Shown in pieces: positions 1 through 64,000 of a stretch of 64,000 nt of DNA (positions within the stretch are counted from its first letter, which is position 1; each line of letters begins with the position of its first letter). Both the position numbers and the translations under genes were made by a program. Origin of the DNA: the human T2T-CHM13v2.0 reference genome, Homo sapiens. The notes beneath the pieces were generated by a model, which worked only from the letters and a program-made list of their open reading frames with translations, ran no database searches and was not told where the DNA came from. The stretch is taken from assembly GCF_009914755.1 (NCBI RefSeq), contig NC_060936.1. The stretch is one strand, 5' to 3'.

Positions 1-375
1 AAATGGAGGACAAGATTTAAGAGTCAAAATGCAAGTAAATGATTTTATGATCAGGGGAGGCCTAGGTGGCAAAAGGACGTATGCTGGTGGGAGGGGCATT
101 ATGATAGTTTCATTACACCTTTACTGGAAGATGGTTCAACTTGCACCTCCTGTCTTTCCTCACTTATAAACACTGCGTGGCTTTACATCTCTGTAATAGC
201 ATCTAAAATGAAGTTAAAAAGAAAATTTCCCTCAATTTCCCTCTATTGCTAACCTTCACTAAGAAAGTCCTCAGTGTTAACCAGTGACAAGAGCTGTTCT
301 GTTAATTCAGATTTACTACACATACAATCATAAAAATACTTCTTTAGTAAAACACTGTATTAAATCAAGAATCAG

Positions 376-692
<317 letters not shown>

Positions 693-769
693 TCACACGT
701 GCTGTCCCACTGTCCCTCTCTGCCTGTTTACAATGACAACCATCTCTAATAACAAGACCTACATTCATG

Positions 770-1000
770 CAGCACTTACTAAGTGCCAGGCACAATACCA
801 AGCCCTCACACCCCTTGCCCCTTACATGTCTTGCCTCATTTAATCCTCACAACAACCCAAGGAGGTAGGTACTATTGTCATCCTTATTTAACAGATGAGA
901 AAGCTGCACAGACAGGTTAAGTTACTTGTTCAAGTCTCCACAGCAAGTGAGTGGCAGAGCCCGGATTTTACCCCAGGCAGTCGGACTCGAAACCGTTGCT
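770..1000. mobile_element. MIR SINE
   Basis: tttaatcctcacaacaacc...acagatgagaaagctg...aggttaagttacttgttcaag core. Confidence 0.7.
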
Positions 1001-1032
1001 CCTCCTTACCACCATGATGATTATCCACTCAC

Positions 1033-4421
<3,389 letters not shown>

Positions 4422-4723
4422 GGCGTCCTCCTGCTGCGGAGCCCCAGGGGACCCGAGCCGCCCGCGCTGTCTCGAACGGGTCCGCCGGCCGCGCCGCCTG
4501 CGAGCCAGTCTGACAGCGCGCTGCACACCTCCGCACCCCACTTCCGGCGCACTTCCGTACCCCTCTTCCGGCGCACTCCCCGCACTCCACTTCCGCAGAT
4601 TAGGGGGCTGGCACGAGTCACAGCACCTCGTGCGTCACTTGGCGGCGCCGGACGTTGGGCTGCGCAGGATTTGAGACGCTCCCCTGACCACCACTTGCTC
4701 TGCGCTGAGGTGCTGGGACAGCC
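4422..4723. promoter_or_regulatory. Bidirectional CpG-island promoter and 5'UTRs shared by EIF2B1 and GTF2H3
   Basis: Divergent ATGs at 4421 (-) and 4724 (+) with 302 bp between; CpG-rich, no obvious TATA box; four CTTCCG ETS/GABP-type cores at 4541-4595. Confidence 0.9.
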
Positions 4724-33475
<28,752 letters not shown>

Positions 33476-33909
33476 GGTTGAATTATTTCCTTTCATTCAT
33501 TGTTTATCTCATGCTCATTCAACTCTTCTTCAAATGTGTACTTTTAAACTGCATTTGGTCAAATGCCAGACAATTTTTTATTCAACTCCGAAGTACTTTA
33601 ATTTCAAATCTTGGTCTGCGTGCAGTGGCTCACGCCTGTAATCCCAACACTTTGGGAGGCTGAGGCAGGAGGATCACTTAAGCCTAGGAGTTCAAGACCA
33701 GCCCGGGCAGCATGGCAAAACCCTGTCTCTAAAAAAAATATAAAAATTAGCCAGGTGAGGTGGTTCATGCCTGTAGTCCCAGCTACTCCAGAGGCTAAGG
33801 TGGGAGGATCGCTTGAGCCCAAGAGGCGCAGGTTACAATGAGTCATGATCATGCCACTGAACTCCAGCCTGGGTGACAGAGTGAGACCCTGTCTCTAAAT
33901 AAATAAATG

Positions 33910-38810
<4,901 letters not shown>

Positions 38811-38819
38811 GGATCACCG

Positions 38820-39355
38820 TTAGCAGTGACGAGTCTGTACAGGTCTGCAGCAACTCGATTCTTGCCTCCTCAGAGGAAAGAATTTGGCCAAGCAGCATAA
38901 GGCAGAGTGAGAGACCAAGGCAAAGTTTAAAGCAGGGGTAAACGTTTATTAAAAAGTTTTAGAGCAGGAATGAAAGGAAGTAAAGTACACTTGGAAGAGG
39001 GCCAAGCGGGCGACTTGAGAGATTCAAGTGCCCCGTCCGACCCTTCACTGGGGGTTTCTATACATTAGCATGGTTCTGAGGTTTGTGCCCTCCCTTGATT
39101 TTTCCTTGGGGTGGGCTGTCTGCATGTCAGTGGCCTGCCAGCACTTGGGAGGGGCCGCATGTGCAGTGTGTTTACTGAAGTTGTGCGCATGCTCATTTGA
39201 GGCATTTTCCTTTACCAGTCGAGCCTTCCCAGAGGAAGGTTATATACCAGTTAAAATCTGCCATCTTGCCTCTTACTATGTATGCATGAGCCTGCTTGCC
39301 CAACTCCTGAGATCTTATCGGGAAGCTGCTGATCACCAGCTTCAAGTGTTTTCTA
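38820..39355 (-). mobile_element. ERV1-class solo LTR fragment (MER50-like; family tentative)
   Basis: ggtctgcagcaactcgattcttgcctcctcag...aaagtacacttggaagagggccaagcgggcgacttgagag resembles MER4-group LTRs. Confidence 0.6.
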
Positions 39356-39373
39356 TCTTTTTTTTTGAGATGA

Positions 39374-39709
<336 letters not shown>

Positions 39710-40028
39710 TAATTTGCAGATTAATTCCCCCCAAAGACAGATGGGGAATAACAGAAATATTTAAGTGTTTGACAGCTTCCTCTTAGTAACGTTCTCCTAG
39801 GCTTCATTCCAAGATATCAAGAGAGGTAAACATTTTGCAGTCTTCCAGAGAGGAGCTGAGGTACACGGGAAAAGTTTCATGCTCATGTTACAACTGTAGT
39901 GACCCACAGTTTTTCAGGGAGTATAAGAAAAAGATAACACCCAGTGTCAGGCCCTTATAAAGCCTCAACTTTCAGAATCCTTTCACAATGTTAGATTTGC
40001 TGATCAATGAATATATAACTGAACATTA

Positions 40029-40202
<174 letters not shown>

Positions 40203-40439
40203 TTACTTGGGAGGCTGAGGTGGGAGGATCAGCTGAGCCCAGAAGTTTGAGGATGCAGTGAGCTATGATTGTGCCACTGCACCATTCCAGCCTGGGTGAC
40301 AGAGTGAGACCCTGTCTCAAAAAGAAAAAAAAAAAAGACTAATAATGGCAAACATTTACTTGGCATTTACCGTCAGTCAGCCACAATGCTGAACACCATG
40401 ATTGTCTCAGCTAAAGGATACACCACCTCTCTGATAGTT

Positions 40440-40690
40440 AACAAGTAACTGATCATTAACTGAGTGCTTACTGTATGCCAGCCATTGGTTTAACCTCATT
40501 AGATATGTTACCTCATTTCATCCTCACACAATCCCCAAGGAAGGATTATTATCATCCCTTTTTTATAGATGAGGAAGCTGAAACTTAGAGAGGTTGACTT
40601 GCCCAAAGTCACTTAACAGCTGAGAATATCTGTGGAGGGAAGGCGAAATCCCATGCCAGGCAGCCTGACCTCAGACCCTGCACTCTCAGT
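40440..40690. mobile_element. MIR SINE
   Basis: atcctcacacaatccc...ttatagatgaggaagctgaaacttagagaggttgacttgcccaaagtcac core. Confidence 0.7.
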
Positions 40691-40884
40691 CCCCAAGCCG
40701 TGACAATATTTGAAATGTTCTGAGGCTACTGATATAAGAAAAAACAATTTTTTTCCAGACAGAATTTTGATTCTTTCACATCTGTCCTATTGCTGGGCAA
40801 AACCTCTTGTGTGTTCTGTGATTGGATCTGCTTTCAGAGTGCTGAGAGCTCTGTGCAGGGGAGAAAATCCTTCAAAAACCTAGG

Positions 40885-41500
<616 letters not shown>

Positions 41501-41879
41501 CAGCGCGGCAGCCCCATCCCCTTTTTCTACTCACCCCTAAAACAAATCCGTATAAAAATCAAGTTTATTAAGGAGCAAGTCCCACCCTTTTTATTTAGAA
41601 GCCAGTGTCTATAGGATCGCTCTTGGCTATTGTTGGATTAATTCCAGGGTAGGGGAAAACTCCAGTTTTTGAGCCGGACACGCACTCCTGCTTTTCAGGA
41701 CCTTTTTAATTTTGATGTTTTCAACTTTTAGGCCCAGGGGTCCATGTACAGGTTGCTATATAGGTAAATTGCGTGTCACGGGGGTTGGGTGCACAGATTG
41801 TTTCGTCACCCAGGTACTAAGTGGAGCACCGGATAGGTAGTTTTTCAGCCCTCACTCTCCCCACCAGAGTCAAGCAGCA

Positions 41880-63596
<21,717 letters not shown>

Positions 63597-64000
63597 TAAT
63601 GTTACACTTTGACGTCATTTCTTCAGAAACAGATATGTCATTTCTTACAAGTAATATATACCCTCAGAGTGTATATTTTTGTTAGTCATTTAAAAAGGTT
63701 CACAATAGTTAGAAAGATCTGCCAGGAACATTTCATTTGTTCCTCGTTCTGTCCTGCTGGGCTTTAGAGTGCTCTCTGTGACCTTGAGCCTGCTCCTCCA
63801 CAGTCCTGGATTCTCTGAGTTCCACCGACCCTTCTAGTTCCAGCTTCCGTGAACCTTTCCTTAAATGTTTGATAGTTAAATAATTCTTTTTTTTTTTTTT
63901 TTTTTTTTTTTGAGGCGGAGTTTTGTTCTTGTCACCCAGGCTGGAGTGCAATGGCATGATCTCGGCTCACTGCAACCTCCGCCTCCTGAGTTCAAGTGAT

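Overview
Human (primate) genomic DNA, very Alu-dense. I recognise it from the translated exons as the EIF2B1-GTF2H3-TCTN2 locus (chr12q24.31 from memory, not from a search). It holds the 5' part of EIF2B1 (- strand, coding exons 1-4) head-to-head with the complete GTF2H3/TFIIH p34 gene (+ strand, 13 coding exons, 927 nt = 308 aa + stop). The first 9 coding exons of TCTN2/tectonic-2 follow on the + strand. I assembled exons by hand from splice sites and reading phase; almost all ORFs in the supplied track are Alu/L1/simple-repeat artefacts. No new gene or biological system can be demonstrated from the sequence. The most interesting signals are regulatory: a U12 minor intron followed by two microexons and a UG/G-rich minisatellite in GTF2H3; an in-frame strong-context CUG upstream of EIF2B1 that would add an Arg-rich N-terminus; two uORFs in the TCTN2 leader; a 24-bp ETS-site triplication in the bidirectional promoter; a split/inverted Alu in the GTF2H3 3'UTR; a GC-AG intron; a truncated U3 retrocopy; a MADE1 hairpin; and a young AluYa5-lineage insertion. 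Repeat boundaries and subfamily names are by eye and approximate.
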